NCBI GenBank assembly: GCA_017470985.1
Contig: JAFUXA010000026.1
Span: 14,922 to 78,921, forward strand
Reading direction: 5' to 3'
Origin: Lachnospiraceae bacterium
Lineage (GTDB): Bacteria; Bacillota; Clostridia; Lachnospirales; Lachnospiraceae
Length of the DNA stretch: 64,000 nt
Made by a program: the position numbers and the translations under genes. The notes beneath the pieces were generated by a model. It was not told where the DNA came from, did no database searches, and saw nothing but the letters and a program-made list of their open reading frames with translations. Below, piece by piece: positions 36,700 to 47,000 of this stretch (the first letter of the stretch is position 1; each line of letters opens with the position of its first letter).

Positions 36700-37847
36700 T
36701 AGATGTTCTCCTTTACTGCTTTTGATACTACATCGGCAACACGAGGGTCAAACACTTCTGGTAAAATAAAATCTTCATTTAATTCTTCTTCTGAAACCAG
36801 ACTTGCTAAAGCTTTGGCTGCAACAAGTTTCATATCATCTGTAATTTGCTCAGCACGGCCTTCTAAAGCACCTCTGAAGATGCCAGGGAATACCATTACA
36901 TTATTTACCTGGTTAGGGAAATCGCTTCGTCCTGTTCCAATAACTCTTGCACCAGCTTCTTTTGCGATGTCAGGCATGATTTCAGGAGTAGGATTGGCCA
37001 TGGCAAATATAATTGCATCCTTGTTCATGGATTTAACCATCTCAGCTGTTACAACACCAGGAGCAGATACACCAATGAAGATGTCTGCGCCAACTAATGC
37101 GTCAGCGAGAGATCCTGTCTTATTCTCCAGGTTGGTTACCTCTGTTATCTCTTTCTTGGCCCAATTGAGATTTGGGGAATCTTTGCTTACAATTCCCTTG
37201 CTGTCACATAAGATGACATGTTTGAAACCATAGAGGAGAAGTAATTTAGTGATTGCAATTCCGGCAGCGCCTGCGCCGTTTACAACTACATGACAATCTG
37301 CAGCGTTTTTGTTTACCAGCTTGAGAGCATTTATTGTACCTGCTAAAACTACAATGGCAGTTCCATGCTGGTCATCATGGAATACAGGAATATTCAACTC
37401 TTTCTTTAATCTGGATTCAATTTCAAAGCAACGAGGTGCTGAAATATCTTCTAAGTTAATTCCGCCGAATGTAGGAGCAATAGCTTTTACTGCAGCTACA
37501 ATCTCGTCTGGATCTTGTGTATCAAGACAAATTGGGAATGCATTTACATCACCAAAAGCCTTGAAGAGAGCGCATTTACCTTCCATTACAGGCATAGCAG
37601 CCTCAGGTCCGATATTTCCTAAACCAAGTACAGCTGAACCGTCTGATACAACTGCTACAGTGTTGGCTTTTAAAGTATATTTGTATGCTTGCTCTTTGTC
37701 TTCAGCGATTACTCTACAAGGAGCTGCAACTCCCGGTGTGTATGCAATCGATAAATCTTCTCTGGATTTGATAGGAGATTTAAGGCCAGTCTCCAGTTTA
37801 CCGTTCCATTTCTCGTGTGCCTCAAGTGCTAATTCGTTGATGTCCAT
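36699..37847 (-). CDS. NAD(P)-dependent malic enzyme (short, about 380-aa form)
   Basis: LSIAYTPGVAAPC, VVSDGSAVLGLGNIGP, FGGINLEDISAPRCF and VVNGAGAAGIAI are the canonical malic enzyme motifs. Confidence 0.9.
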   Translation of the reverse strand: MDINELALEAHEKWNGKLETGLKSPIKSREDLSIAYTPGVAAPCRVIAEDKEQAYKYTLKANTVAVVSDGSAVLGLGNIGPEAAMPVMEGKCALFKAFGDVNAFPICLDTQDPDEIVAAVKAIAPTFGGINLEDISAPRCFEIESRLKKELNIPVFHDDQHGTAIVVLAGTINALKLVNKNAADCHVVVNGAGAAGIAITKLLLLYGFKHVILCDSKGIVSKDSPNLNWAKKEITEVTNLENKTGSLADALVGADIFIGVSAPGVVTAEMVKSMNKDAIIFAMANPTPEIMPDIAKEAGARVIGTGRSDFPNQVNNVMVFPGIFRGALEGRAEQITDDMKLVAAKALASLVSEEELNEDFILPEVFDPRVADVVSKAVKENI

Positions 37848-38194
37848 ACAGTTCCCTTCTTTCTATTGTATTATTATCACTGATATAGCCCTGACATTTG
37901 CAAGGGTCTATTCAAATTGTTGTACTTATACTTATTAACATACAACGGGCATATTATAGCATATATTTGTGCTTCCAATGTTCTAAAATATATATATTTT
38001 TCAAGAAAAATTTGTTCACAAATGAATTCAAGTAGTATATACTACATTTATCATAAATAGAATTCATGTCGGTTCGGACGAGATTCCATTGTTTTTAGTA
38101 ATAATTATAAAATGTTTTATTTAGTTTTTGCTGTAAAATGTTTTATTTGATTAATGAACTATTATATTTTAAATATAGGAAGAGAGAGTGTAAA

Positions 38195-39538
38195 ATGAGA
38201 GAAAAGTATGAAAGCTTAAGTGTTGCTGTATTGCGTGATCTTGCAAAATCTAGAGGCATTAAGAGTGTAACAACTATGAAGAAGGCAGAAATTGTGGAAG
38301 CAATGCTGGCTTTGGATGAGCAGGAAGCGGCTAATACTGCTGGAAGTGTTGCAGAAAGCGGAAATACATCTAAAAGCAGAAGTGAGAAGGACAGTAAGCT
38401 TGAGATGCTTGCCGAGGACGCTAATCCTTGTAACGGAATTTTGGAGGTAATGGCAGACGGATTTGGATTCATTCGTTGCGAGAATTATATGCCTGGTGAA
38501 AATGATGTCTATGTATCTCCATCTCAGATTCGTAAATTCAACCTCAAGACTGGTGATATTATCGAGGGAAAGACCAAGAAGAACAATCCAAATGATAAAT
38601 TCGGTGCATTGATGCTTATGAAATCTGTCAATGGATTTCCTCTTGAGGATGCACAGCGCAGACCGAATTTCGAAGATATGACTCCGGTTTTCCCTGATGA
38701 GAGAATTAAACTGGAGCAAGAAGGGTCATCTGTTGCCATGAGAATTGTGGATTTGGTATCTCCAATCGGTAAGGGACAGCGTGGTATGATTGTATCCCAG
38801 CCAAAGGCTGGTAAGACTACACTTCTCAAGGAGATTGCTAAGTCAGTAACTACAGCATATCCAGATATGCACCTTATTATTTTACTTATTGATGAGCGTC
38901 CTGAGGAAGTGACAGATATCAAGGAAGCTATTGAGGGCAAGAATGTAGAGGTTATCTATTCTACATTTGACGAACTTCCAGAGCATCATAAGAGAGTATC
39001 GGAGATGGTTTTGGGCCGTGCCAAGAGATTGGTAGAGCACAAGCAGGATGTAATGATTCTGCTTGATTCTATCACTAGACTTGCAAGAGCATATAACCTG
39101 ACTGTACCGCCATCAGGTCGTACTTTATCAGGTGGTTTGGATCCTGCAGCTCTTCATATGCCAAAGAAATTCTTTGGTGCAGCCAGAAATATGAGAGAGG
39201 GCGGAAGCCTTACAATCCTGGCTACAGCACTTGTTGATACAGGTAGCAAGATGGATGATGTGGTATTCGAGGAGTTTAAGGGAACAGGTAACATGGAACT
39301 TATTCTCGATAGAAAGTTATCTGAGAAGAGAATCTTCCCTGCTGTTGATATTGTAAAATCCGGAACAAGAAGAGATGATTTACTCCTGTCTGAAGAAGAG
39401 CAAAAGGCTCTCGACAAGATTCATAGAGGGGTAAATGGTGCTAAAAAGGATGAGATGGTGGAGAGTTTCTTGAATCTTTTTGCTCATTCCAAGTCCAACG
39501 CGGATGTGGTTGCCAGACTTAACAGCAGAATGCGATAA
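38195..39538 (+). CDS. rho: Transcription termination factor Rho
   Basis: N-terminal Rho_N ([16 protein letters not shown]). RNA-binding [15 protein letters not shown]-loop QPKAGKT. C-terminal ...[26 protein letters not shown] 38195 is preferred over the ORF-track start. Confidence 0.93.
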   Translation: MREKYESLSVAVLRDLAKSRGIKSVTTMKKAEIVEAMLALDEQEAANTAGSVAESGNTSKSRSEKDSKLEMLAEDANPCNGILEVMADGFGFIRCENYMPGENDVYVSPSQIRKFNLKTGDIIEGKTKKNNPNDKFGALMLMKSVNGFPLEDAQRRPNFEDMTPVFPDERIKLEQEGSSVAMRIVDLVSPIGKGQRGMIVSQPKAGKTTLLKEIAKSVTTAYPDMHLIILLIDERPEEVTDIKEAIEGKNVEVIYSTFDELPEHHKRVSEMVLGRAKRLVEHKQDVMILLDSITRLARAYNLTVPPSGRTLSGGLDPAALHMPKKFFGAARNMREGGSLTILATALVDTGSKMDDVVFEEFKGTGNMELILDRKLSEKRIFPAVDIVKSGTRRDDLLLSEEEQKALDKIHRGVNGAKKDEMVESFLNLFAHSKSNADVVARLNSRMR

Positions 39539-39662
39539 GATCTGGGCGTATTTTACATCATTTAATGCAATATGATTTGATATTATTTAACATCATTTTA
39601 ATAAAATAAGATTTAATTACATCAATAAAATAGGTAAATAAATAAAAAATACTGCGTAATAA

Positions 39663-39690
39663 TTGAGTTTTTCTGTCAATAGTGTACAAT
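39663..39690 (+). promoter_or_regulatory. Candidate promoter of the pilB operon
   Basis: TTGAGT (39663-39668) - 16 nt - TACAAT (39685-39690). Confidence 0.4.
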
Positions 39691-39753
39691 AATATATATA
39701 AGAGATATAGTATGCCTTCCTAGGCAAATATATGATCAAAAGGGGATTATGAA

Positions 39754-41469
39754 ATGGCAGGATACAGGAGACTCGGTGAATTACTAATAGCAGCTGGTAC
39801 AATTAATGAAGAACAATTGAATCGCGCTCTAGAAATTCAGAAGGAAACAAAAGACCGATTAGGAACAGTATTAATAGAGAATAATATTATTACAGAGGAT
39901 CAGCTCATTGAATCTCTACAGATGCAGTTAGGTATTGAATATATTGACCTGACTCAGGTAAAGATTCCTATTGAGCTCGCTTCAGCTGTGCCAAAGACTA
40001 TCGCCAAGCAATATGGTGTGGTTCCGGTACAGATAGTGCGAGATGAGATATATCTCGCCATGAGCGATCCTCTGAATTTTTATGCCATTGAGGAGGTTAA
40101 GAAGTCAGCCCGCAAGAAGGTTGTACCTATGGTTGCTAGATCTTCTTCAGTGGAATATGCAATCCAGGTATTGTATGGAAATGAGGGTGCTGCCAAGGCT
40201 ATCGAAGAGATGAAGATGGAATCAGCAGCATCAGCCAGTGGCGATACTGTAACCCCTGCTACAGCATTTACCACCAATGTCATTGGTGATGATTCTGTGT
40301 CAAATGCGCCTACCATCAGACTGGTTAACTCCATTATTGAACGTGCTGTAGATGAGAGAGCCAGTGATATACATATTGAACCTAGAGAAGAAGATTTGTA
40401 TGTGCGTATGAGAATTGATGGTCTGATGAGAGAAATTCTCACAGTGCCAAAGGATTTACAGAATTCAGTTATTTCCCGTATCAAGGTTATATCAGGGCTT
40501 GATATTTCAGAGAAGCGTGTGCCACAGGATGGTCGTTTCAATGTACATGTGAGAGGCAAAGATATTGATCTTCGTGTATCTACTTTGCCTACAGTATATG
40601 GAGAGAAGATTGTTGCGAGACTTCTTGATAAGTCTGACGGACGAGTAACCAAGGAGAAGGTTGGACTTACAGGTCGTGACGAAGAAATATTTGACAAGAT
40701 GATGAAATGGCATTCAGGAGTGATTCTTCTGGTTGGACCTACAGGTTCAGGTAAGACAACTACCATGTATGCCATGATAAATGAATTAAATAAACCGGAA
40801 GTCAACCTGGTAACTCTAGAAGATCCGGTTGAGTACAATGTAGACGGTGTTAATCAGGTTCAGATCAATGAGAAGACAGGAATGACATTTGCCGCCGGAC
40901 TTAGAGCGATACTGAGACAGGATCCGGACATTGTAGCCGTGGGAGAGATTCGTGATGGCGAGACAGCGGAGATTGCAATGCGTGCTGCTATTACAGGTCG
41001 TCTTGTATTATCTACAATCCATACCAATGATGCAGTTGGTACAATTGAGAGATTACAGGATATTGGGGTGGAGCCTTATCTTACAGCTTCAGCTTTGAGA
41101 GGCATCATTTCACAGAGATTGGTTCGTAGAATCTGTCCGCATTGTAAGATAGCTTACGATCCTTCTATTGAGGAACTGGAGGATTTGAGATTGCCGAAGA
41201 GACCGGGTATGAAATTCTACCGAGGAGCAGGTTGTCCGGAGTGTTTTAATACAGGATACAGAGGCAGAGCTGCAATATTTGAGATGCTTCCTATGAATCA
41301 GGCTGTTCGTGAGTTGATTTCAGAGAAGGAGCGTCGAGCTATTATTGAAGAGAAATTGAAGTCAGCTGAGAGTGGATTCGTATCTATGCGTGAAAATGCT
41401 ATTCGCATGATGTTAGAGGGTGTAACAACAGTGGACGAAGTAATGCGTGTTACAAATGAGGAGGATTAA
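39754..41469 (+). CDS. pilB: Type IV pilus assembly ATPase PilB (GspE family) with N-terminal MshEN-type domain
   Basis: Walker A GPTGSGKTTT, Asp/His boxes, tetracysteine CPHC...CPEC. The N-terminus has two RLGxx(LVI)(LVI)... motifs. Confidence 0.9.
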   Translation: MAGYRRLGELLIAAGTINEEQLNRALEIQKETKDRLGTVLIENNIITEDQLIESLQMQLGIEYIDLTQVKIPIELASAVPKTIAKQYGVVPVQIVRDEIYLAMSDPLNFYAIEEVKKSARKKVVPMVARSSSVEYAIQVLYGNEGAAKAIEEMKMESAASASGDTVTPATAFTTNVIGDDSVSNAPTIRLVNSIIERAVDERASDIHIEPREEDLYVRMRIDGLMREILTVPKDLQNSVISRIKVISGLDISEKRVPQDGRFNVHVRGKDIDLRVSTLPTVYGEKIVARLLDKSDGRVTKEKVGLTGRDEEIFDKMMKWHSGVILLVGPTGSGKTTTMYAMINELNKPEVNLVTLEDPVEYNVDGVNQVQINEKTGMTFAAGLRAILRQDPDIVAVGEIRDGETAEIAMRAAITGRLVLSTIHTNDAVGTIERLQDIGVEPYLTASALRGIISQRLVRRICPHCKIAYDPSIEELEDLRLPKRPGMKFYRGAGCPECFNTGYRGRAAIFEMLPMNQAVRELISEKERRAIIEEKLKSAESGFVSMRENAIRMMLEGVTTVDEVMRVTNEED

Positions 41470-41472
41470 GTT

Positions 41473-42522
41473 ATGATGACAGTTGATGAACTTGTGGCCA
41501 AGGCAAAACAGGATGGAGCATCAGATATACATCTTATTGCGGGCCTTCCACCGAAATATAGAGTGAGTGGTGGTTTGGAAAATATGTCTGAGGAGATAAT
41601 CTCAGCTGATGATGCGCTGGCTTATGCCAGAACTTTGGCCGGTGAAGTGGGATTTACCACATTGATGAAAGTGGGAGAGCTGGATTCAGCAGGTACATTT
41701 GCCGGCAACCGTTGCCGTATTCACATTTTCAAACAGCAGGGAATTCCATCTGTAGCACTTAGATTGCTCAGTGAGAATATTCCTGATTTGGCAACACTTG
41801 GATTGCCACCAGCAGTTTTGGATTTGGTGAATTTACACAAGGGAATCGTCCTTGTAACAGGAGAGACTGGTTCTGGTAAATCAACAACTCTTGCTGCTTT
41901 GATTGACAAGATTAATCATACTTACAAGAGTCATATAGTTACATTGGAAGATCCGGTTGAGTATATTTACAAACCTGATTTATGTGCTATCAATCAGCGA
42001 GAAGTTGGTAAAGATACAGCAAGCTTCTCAGAGGGACTTAGAGCATCTCTTCGTGAGGATCCAAATGTTATTCTAATTGGTGAAATGCGTGATAAAGATA
42101 CAATTGAGACAGCTATTACAGCTGCTGAGACCGGACATCTGGTATTTGGTACACTTCATACAGGAAGCGCTGCTGATTCCATTGACAGAATGGTACAGGT
42201 ATTCCCTGATGGAGCACAGAATCAGATTCGTCTGCAGTTATCTACTTGTTTGCAGGCAGTAATTACTCAGCAACTTTTACCAAAGGTAGGTGGAGGCAGA
42301 GCTCTTGGTGCAGAATTCATGCCAGTTACAGATGCGATTAGAAATCTTATTCGTTCAGGTAATACTCCTCAGATTGCCAATGCAGTTGCTACATCTGCAG
42401 CAATCGGAGGACAGACAATGGATCAGGCTTTGGTACAGCTTGTGAAGAAGGGACTTATCACTCGCGACACTGCCAAGTCATATGCCAAGGATCCTACATA
42501 TATTAACAAATATGCATTGTAA
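41473..42522 (+). CDS. pilT: Type IV pilus retraction ATPase PilT
   Basis: 349 aa. GETGSGKSTT, ILIGEMRD, GHLVFGTLHT. Confidence 0.88.
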   Translation: MMTVDELVAKAKQDGASDIHLIAGLPPKYRVSGGLENMSEEIISADDALAYARTLAGEVGFTTLMKVGELDSAGTFAGNRCRIHIFKQQGIPSVALRLLSENIPDLATLGLPPAVLDLVNLHKGIVLVTGETGSGKSTTLAALIDKINHTYKSHIVTLEDPVEYIYKPDLCAINQREVGKDTASFSEGLRASLREDPNVILIGEMRDKDTIETAITAAETGHLVFGTLHTGSAADSIDRMVQVFPDGAQNQIRLQLSTCLQAVITQQLLPKVGGGRALGAEFMPVTDAIRNLIRSGNTPQIANAVATSAAIGGQTMDQALVQLVKKGLITRDTAKSYAKDPTYINKYAL

Positions 42523-42556
42523 TAAATGAGAGTTGTAATATAAAGGAGAGAGAGTC

Positions 42557-43771
42557 GTGATTACATATAAGTATTCCGCAATTTCCAAAGACGGTGCCAA
42601 GGTCAAGGGCGTTATTGAAGGTTATAACGAGATGGATGCCATTGACAGAATCAAAGCCGATTGTGATGTGGTTTTGAAAGTCACACCTATGGAGGAGGGC
42701 AGAGAGAGTTTCCTCACAATGGAGATTGGTGGCACTAAATTAAATACTAAAGAGTTCACGGTTATGTGTTCTCAATTTGCAATTATATTGAAGTCTGGAA
42801 TACCAATTGCAAGAGCGGTAAATCTGGTTTATGAGAAGACTACTGACAAAGCTTTGAAGAAATTATTGAAAAAGGTGGCAACAGATGTGGAAGGTGGTCG
42901 TTCATTGGCAGCCAGCTTCGAGGAAAATGGAGCCAACCTTCTGCCGGCTACATTTATTGAATCCATAAGAGCTGGTGAGGAATCAGGAAATCTGGATACT
43001 GCTTTTGAATCTATGTATGAACATTTTGACAAGCAGACCAAGATTGGTGCCAAGGTAAAGGGTGCCCTGATGTATCCGGCCTTTGTATTAGTGTTGGGAA
43101 TTGTAGTTATCATCGTTATGATGGTAAAGGTTATTCCTACATTTATCGAGATATTTGACGGATTGGATGCAGAACTTCCAGCTATTACAGTATCCCTTAT
43201 TGTATTATCGAACTTCTTCCAGAAATACTGGGGATTGCTACTGGGAATTGCAATAGTGGGATTTCTGGCATACAAGATTTATGGAAATACAGAGGAAGGT
43301 CGAATCAAGATTGCCAAGGCGGGTTTATCAATTCCTGTTTTGGGAAATATTCAGACACTCAATGCTGCATCTCAATTTGCCAACACACTGGTAATTATGA
43401 TTGAGGCGGGACTTCCACTTACCAAGGCTGTAAGTATAACTGCCAAGGCTATGGACAACTATTATATTTCTCAGGAAGTGGGCAAGATGACCGGACAGAT
43501 TGAGGAAGGTCGAACTTTAGGAGATGCCATGAGAGACAGTGGTTGCATGCCGGATATTCTGACAGATATGACTGCAGTTGGTGAGGAATCAGGTGAGTTG
43601 TCAGAGACACTGTCAACTATTGCAGAATATTATGATGCAGAACTTGCTACAGCCATAAGCGAAGCATTGGCGAAGCTTGAACCTGCTATCTTGGTTGTAA
43701 TTGCAGCCTTTGCAGGATATGTAGTAATCGCAATTTACATTGCAATGTTTAGCATGTATGGAGCGATGTAA
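42557..43771 (+). CDS. pilC: Type IV pilus platform protein PilC (GspF family)
   Basis: 404 aa. Two GspF-type repeats, three TM segments. GTG start with AAAGGAGAG SD. Confidence 0.88.
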   Translation: MITYKYSAISKDGAKVKGVIEGYNEMDAIDRIKADCDVVLKVTPMEEGRESFLTMEIGGTKLNTKEFTVMCSQFAIILKSGIPIARAVNLVYEKTTDKALKKLLKKVATDVEGGRSLAASFEENGANLLPATFIESIRAGEESGNLDTAFESMYEHFDKQTKIGAKVKGALMYPAFVLVLGIVVIIVMMVKVIPTFIEIFDGLDAELPAITVSLIVLSNFFQKYWGLLLGIAIVGFLAYKIYGNTEEGRIKIAKAGLSIPVLGNIQTLNAASQFANTLVIMIEAGLPLTKAVSITAKAMDNYYISQEVGKMTGQIEEGRTLGDAMRDSGCMPDILTDMTAVGEESGELSETLSTIAEYYDAELATAISEALAKLEPAILVVIAAFAGYVVIAIYIAMFSMYGAM

Positions 43772-43772
43772 G

Positions 43773-44561
43773 ATGGTACTATTTGAATTGAGTGAATTAG
43801 AGCCTTGGATGGTTGCATACTTTGTGGTTTTGGCTTTTATTTTGGGAAATGTATTTGGATCATTTCTCAATTGTGCAGCATGGCGAATAGCTCATAATAT
43901 GAGCTTCATGCGAGGACATAGCATATGTCCTAAGTGTAAGCACGAACTGGGAGCCAGGGATTTAATACCTATAGTAAGTTATGTGACATCCAGAGGCAGA
44001 TGCAGATATTGTAAGGAACCTATTTCCATTAGATATCCTGTAACAGAGATAATATTTGGTCTGGTAAGTGTGGCAATGCTTGTCAGTGACGGAGTGTCAC
44101 TATTGTATTTACGGGATTTCGTATTTGCAAGTTGCTTGTTTTGCTTGAGTCTGGTGGATTTGGAAATATTTGAAATCCCAAATGGGACACTTATTGTGGC
44201 AATTATAGCCTGGGTGGTAAGCGTGCCATTTATAAATGCCGATATTACTTATATATTAATGCATGTTGGTGCGGCTTTTGGATTTGCCGTTGGTTTTTTA
44301 GTTCTATCACTGGTGATGGACAAGATTCTAGGCAGAGATTCATTGGGCGGAGGAGATATCAAACTATTCTTTGTAGTTGGACTTTATCTGGGAGCTGTGG
44401 CTGGTATGTTTACAGTGATTTTGGCAGCCATTGTAGCCTTGGGATTTGCAAGAGGAAGAGAACGAATTCCATTTGGACCATTTATATCAATAGCAGCATG
44501 GGTAATGCTTATATTTGGTAATCCTGTGGTTCAGTGGTATTTAGATATGATACAAATATAA
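43773..44561 (+). CDS. pilD: Prepilin peptidase (A24 family) PilD
   Basis: Zn-binding CPKC...CRYC N-domain. The catalytic Asp context GGGDIKLF. Polytopic. Confidence 0.88.
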   Translation: MVLFELSELEPWMVAYFVVLAFILGNVFGSFLNCAAWRIAHNMSFMRGHSICPKCKHELGARDLIPIVSYVTSRGRCRYCKEPISIRYPVTEIIFGLVSVAMLVSDGVSLLYLRDFVFASCLFCLSLVDLEIFEIPNGTLIVAIIAWVVSVPFINADITYILMHVGAAFGFAVGFLVLSLVMDKILGRDSLGGGDIKLFFVVGLYLGAVAGMFTVILAAIVALGFARGRERIPFGPFISIAAWVMLIFGNPVVQWYLDMIQI

Positions 44562-44576
44562 TATTGAGGAATTGTT

Positions 44577-45560
44577 ATGGCAAATGTATTAGGAATTGAT
44601 ATCGGACATGAACGCTTGAAAATGGTCCTGGTATCAGGAGGAAAAATCAAAAAAACAGTGGTTGTTGAGACACCGGAGAATTTATTGAAGGACGGAGTGA
44701 TTGTATCCCAGGAGACAATGGGAGAGTTCATTCGGGAGACAATGAAGGAAAATGGTATCTCAGCTTCCAAGGCGGCTATTGTACTAAATGGTGAGCGCGT
44801 GTATGTGAGAAATGTTACCATGCCACTCATGAATGCAGATCAGTTGCTATATAATCTACCTTATGAATTCCGTGATTATATCACAGAAGAATTGAAGGAT
44901 TATATGTTTGATTATGCAATGCGTTCTGTTGATGAAGAGGAAAATACAATGGATGTATTGGCAGCAGCAGTACCAAAGACACTTATAGATGATGTGAGAG
45001 TGGTGCTTCGCAAGGCTGGCTTGAAGCTGGTGAAGGCTGCACCTATTTTATCATCATATAGAGCACTCATTAGAGATTATGAGAAGACACATCCAACCAG
45101 AGATTATCTCCTATTGAATCTGGGATATAGATCAATTCGTGTGGATGTGTTCCATGGTCAGGAGTATCTGGCAACACATGTTCTCGACATTGGTTTGAGA
45201 AATGTTGATACTGTATTGGCTGAGTCCATGGGGGTTGATGAGCATATAGCTCATACATATTTGATCACAAATCACAAGGATTGTCAGAATAGTATGGAAT
45301 GCAAGAATGCATTTACCAATATATCAGTTGAATTGATGCGTACTATGAACTTCTTGAGATATAGTATGCAGGACAATGACTTGGATGAGATATGGGTATG
45401 CGGCGGTGGTGCCAATATTCCAAACTTACGAGATGCAATTGCTGAACATTTGGAAGCTCCGGTTTATTCTGCTTGGGAGAAGTTCTGCGGAGCTGATCAC
45501 AGCAGACAGCAGGAAGGGGATTCAATACTACAGACAGTTGGAATTTTGAAAGATTTGTAG
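44577..45560 (+). CDS. pilM: Type IV pilus assembly protein PilM (actin-like ATPase fold)
   Basis: VLGIDIGHERLKMV N-terminus, 327 aa. Sits between pilD and two bitopic coiled-coil proteins. Confidence 0.75.
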   Translation: MANVLGIDIGHERLKMVLVSGGKIKKTVVVETPENLLKDGVIVSQETMGEFIRETMKENGISASKAAIVLNGERVYVRNVTMPLMNADQLLYNLPYEFRDYITEELKDYMFDYAMRSVDEEENTMDVLAAAVPKTLIDDVRVVLRKAGLKLVKAAPILSSYRALIRDYEKTHPTRDYLLLNLGYRSIRVDVFHGQEYLATHVLDIGLRNVDTVLAESMGVDEHIAHTYLITNHKDCQNSMECKNAFTNISVELMRTMNFLRYSMQDNDLDEIWVCGGGANIPNLRDAIAEHLEAPVYSAWEKFCGADHSRQQEGDSILQTVGILKDL

Positions 45561-45561
45561 G

Positions 45562-46236
45562 ATGGTTGTTATGGAAAAGATAATTAGAAGAAAAGAAGAT
45601 ATTTTAAACAAAATCAAACCGAGCTATCCATCTAAGGACAAAATCAATTTCGCTGAGATTGATATAACTCCAATGAAGATAGAGGTTGTGGCTCCAGCTA
45701 TAGTGGCGATTATTATTGTGGCTTGTCTCTTGTCGAAATTCCTGGTTGTGGATCGATTGATTGAATATAACAAGCAGGCGGCTGAGGTTGCATCTATGGA
45801 AAGCGAGCTTCAGGCAGCTTATGACAAGATTGATTCATACAGCGATATGGAAGAGAAGTATGCTCACTATACATATTCTGGCATGACACCTGAAGAGATG
45901 GCGCTCCAGGATAGAGTGGCAGTTGTGGAACTGATTAATAAATATATCTTGACCAAGGCTGAGGTTGGAGCATGGACTATCACAGGAAATGAGGTGAATA
46001 TTCCAATTACAGGAGTATCATTTCAGGAGGTTGGCGCTATTGCAGCTGAACTTGAAAAGGATGATATGGTAGATCATTGTGAAGTAGTTGCGGCTACAAC
46101 TAATGACAATGGCAAGGTATATAATTCTAGTTCATCAAGCATCACAGTTGTAAATGGTGTGGGTGGAGCAACCGCTCAGGTTACTATTTATCTCAAAGAT
46201 GTTGGAGAAGAAACTACAGAAAGTGAGGGCGAGTAA
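45562..46236 (+). CDS. pilN: PilN-like bitopic protein (TM + coiled coil)
   Basis: A single TM (VVAPAIVAIIIVACLLSKFLVV) followed by a coiled coil. Position after pilM. The start may be ATG 45571. Confidence 0.55.
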   Translation: MVVMEKIIRRKEDILNKIKPSYPSKDKINFAEIDITPMKIEVVAPAIVAIIIVACLLSKFLVVDRLIEYNKQAAEVASMESELQAAYDKIDSYSDMEEKYAHYTYSGMTPEEMALQDRVAVVELINKYILTKAEVGAWTITGNEVNIPITGVSFQEVGAIAAELEKDDMVDHCEVVAATTNDNGKVYNSSSSSITVVNGVGGATAQVTIYLKDVGEETTESEGE

Positions 46237-46860
46237 ATGAAATTTTTGAGTAGAGATTTTACACAAAAAGAGAGAATATTACTGATAGTCCTTGCAGTGC
46301 TTCTGTTGGTAGTATTTTATTATTATGTAGTTGATATACCACTTAGAGACCAGCAGGCAGAGCTTGAGTCCCGCAAATCTTCTGTGGAGGCTGAGCTTAC
46401 AATAGCCAATGCCAAGGTGGAAGAGTACGAGAAGATGGCCAAAGATCTCAAGAAAATGGACGGCGATGCATCCAAGATGGAGAGCTACAACAACCGTACC
46501 AATGAAATCAATTTCTTGAATGATTTGTTGGCAAATACCTCTTCTTACTCAATTAACTTCGAGCCGGTAACTGTTGATAATAATCAGGTTCGTAGAGAGT
46601 TTCAGTTGGCTTATACTTGCGGCAGCTATAATGAGGCAATTACTATTTTAGAGAAGTTATCTAAGTGCAAATACAGATGCTTGATCAGTGATGTAGGCTG
46701 CGCTTCGGTAAATACCAATACAGCAATTACCGGTGCGGTAAATGTAACTGTAAATGCCACATTCTATGAGACTCTTGTTGGCAAGACTACAGATGCAGGT
46801 TTGCCAGAAATTGAGGAACAAGTAACTGACGAAGCCTTGGATGAAGCCGCACAGCAGTAG
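46237..46860 (+). CDS. pilO: PilO-like bitopic protein (TM + coiled coil)
   Basis: A single TM (ILLIVLAVLLLVVFYYYVV), then a coiled coil, then an alpha/beta domain. Abuts the pilN-like gene with no intergenic gap (pilN stop codon ends at 46236, ATG at 46237). Confidence 0.55.
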   Translation: MKFLSRDFTQKERILLIVLAVLLLVVFYYYVVDIPLRDQQAELESRKSSVEAELTIANAKVEEYEKMAKDLKKMDGDASKMESYNNRTNEINFLNDLLANTSSYSINFEPVTVDNNQVRREFQLAYTCGSYNEAITILEKLSKCKYRCLISDVGCASVNTNTAITGAVNVTVNATFYETLVGKTTDAGLPEIEEQVTDEALDEAAQQ

Positions 46861-46933
46861 ATAATGAGCTTTGGATGAAGCTGCATAGAAGTAGATGATA
46901 AGCTGTGGATGAAATCACACCGCAGCAGCTGGC
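46833..46933 (+). repeat. Three tandem ~34-bp units spanning the pilO stop codon
   Basis: AGCCTTGGATGAAGCCGCACAGCAGTAGATAATG / AGCTTTGGATGAAGCTGCATAGAAGTAGATGATA / AGCTGTGGATGAAATCACACCGCAGCAGCTGG.. Confidence 0.85.
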
Positions 46934-46974
46934 AGTAGGTTGTTGGCTGTATATTGATAGTGATATGAAAATTG

Positions 46975-47000
46975 AGCCCTCCTTCTAGGAGGGCTTTTTC
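46975..47000 (+). terminator. Rho-independent terminator of the pilB-pilO operon
   Basis: AGCCCTCC-TTCTA-GGAGGGCT followed by T5. Confidence 0.85.

Noticed and set aside
36703-37938. Long plus-strand ORFs (176 and 209 aa) opposite the malic enzyme gene. Similar long antisense ORFs lie opposite rho (38143-38940), pilB (40080-40838), polA (11870-12508) and the giant pilin (50604-51140).
   Set aside because: They are shadow frames of strongly supported genes on the other strand, with low-complexity Ser/Ala/Ile-rich translations and no SD sequences.
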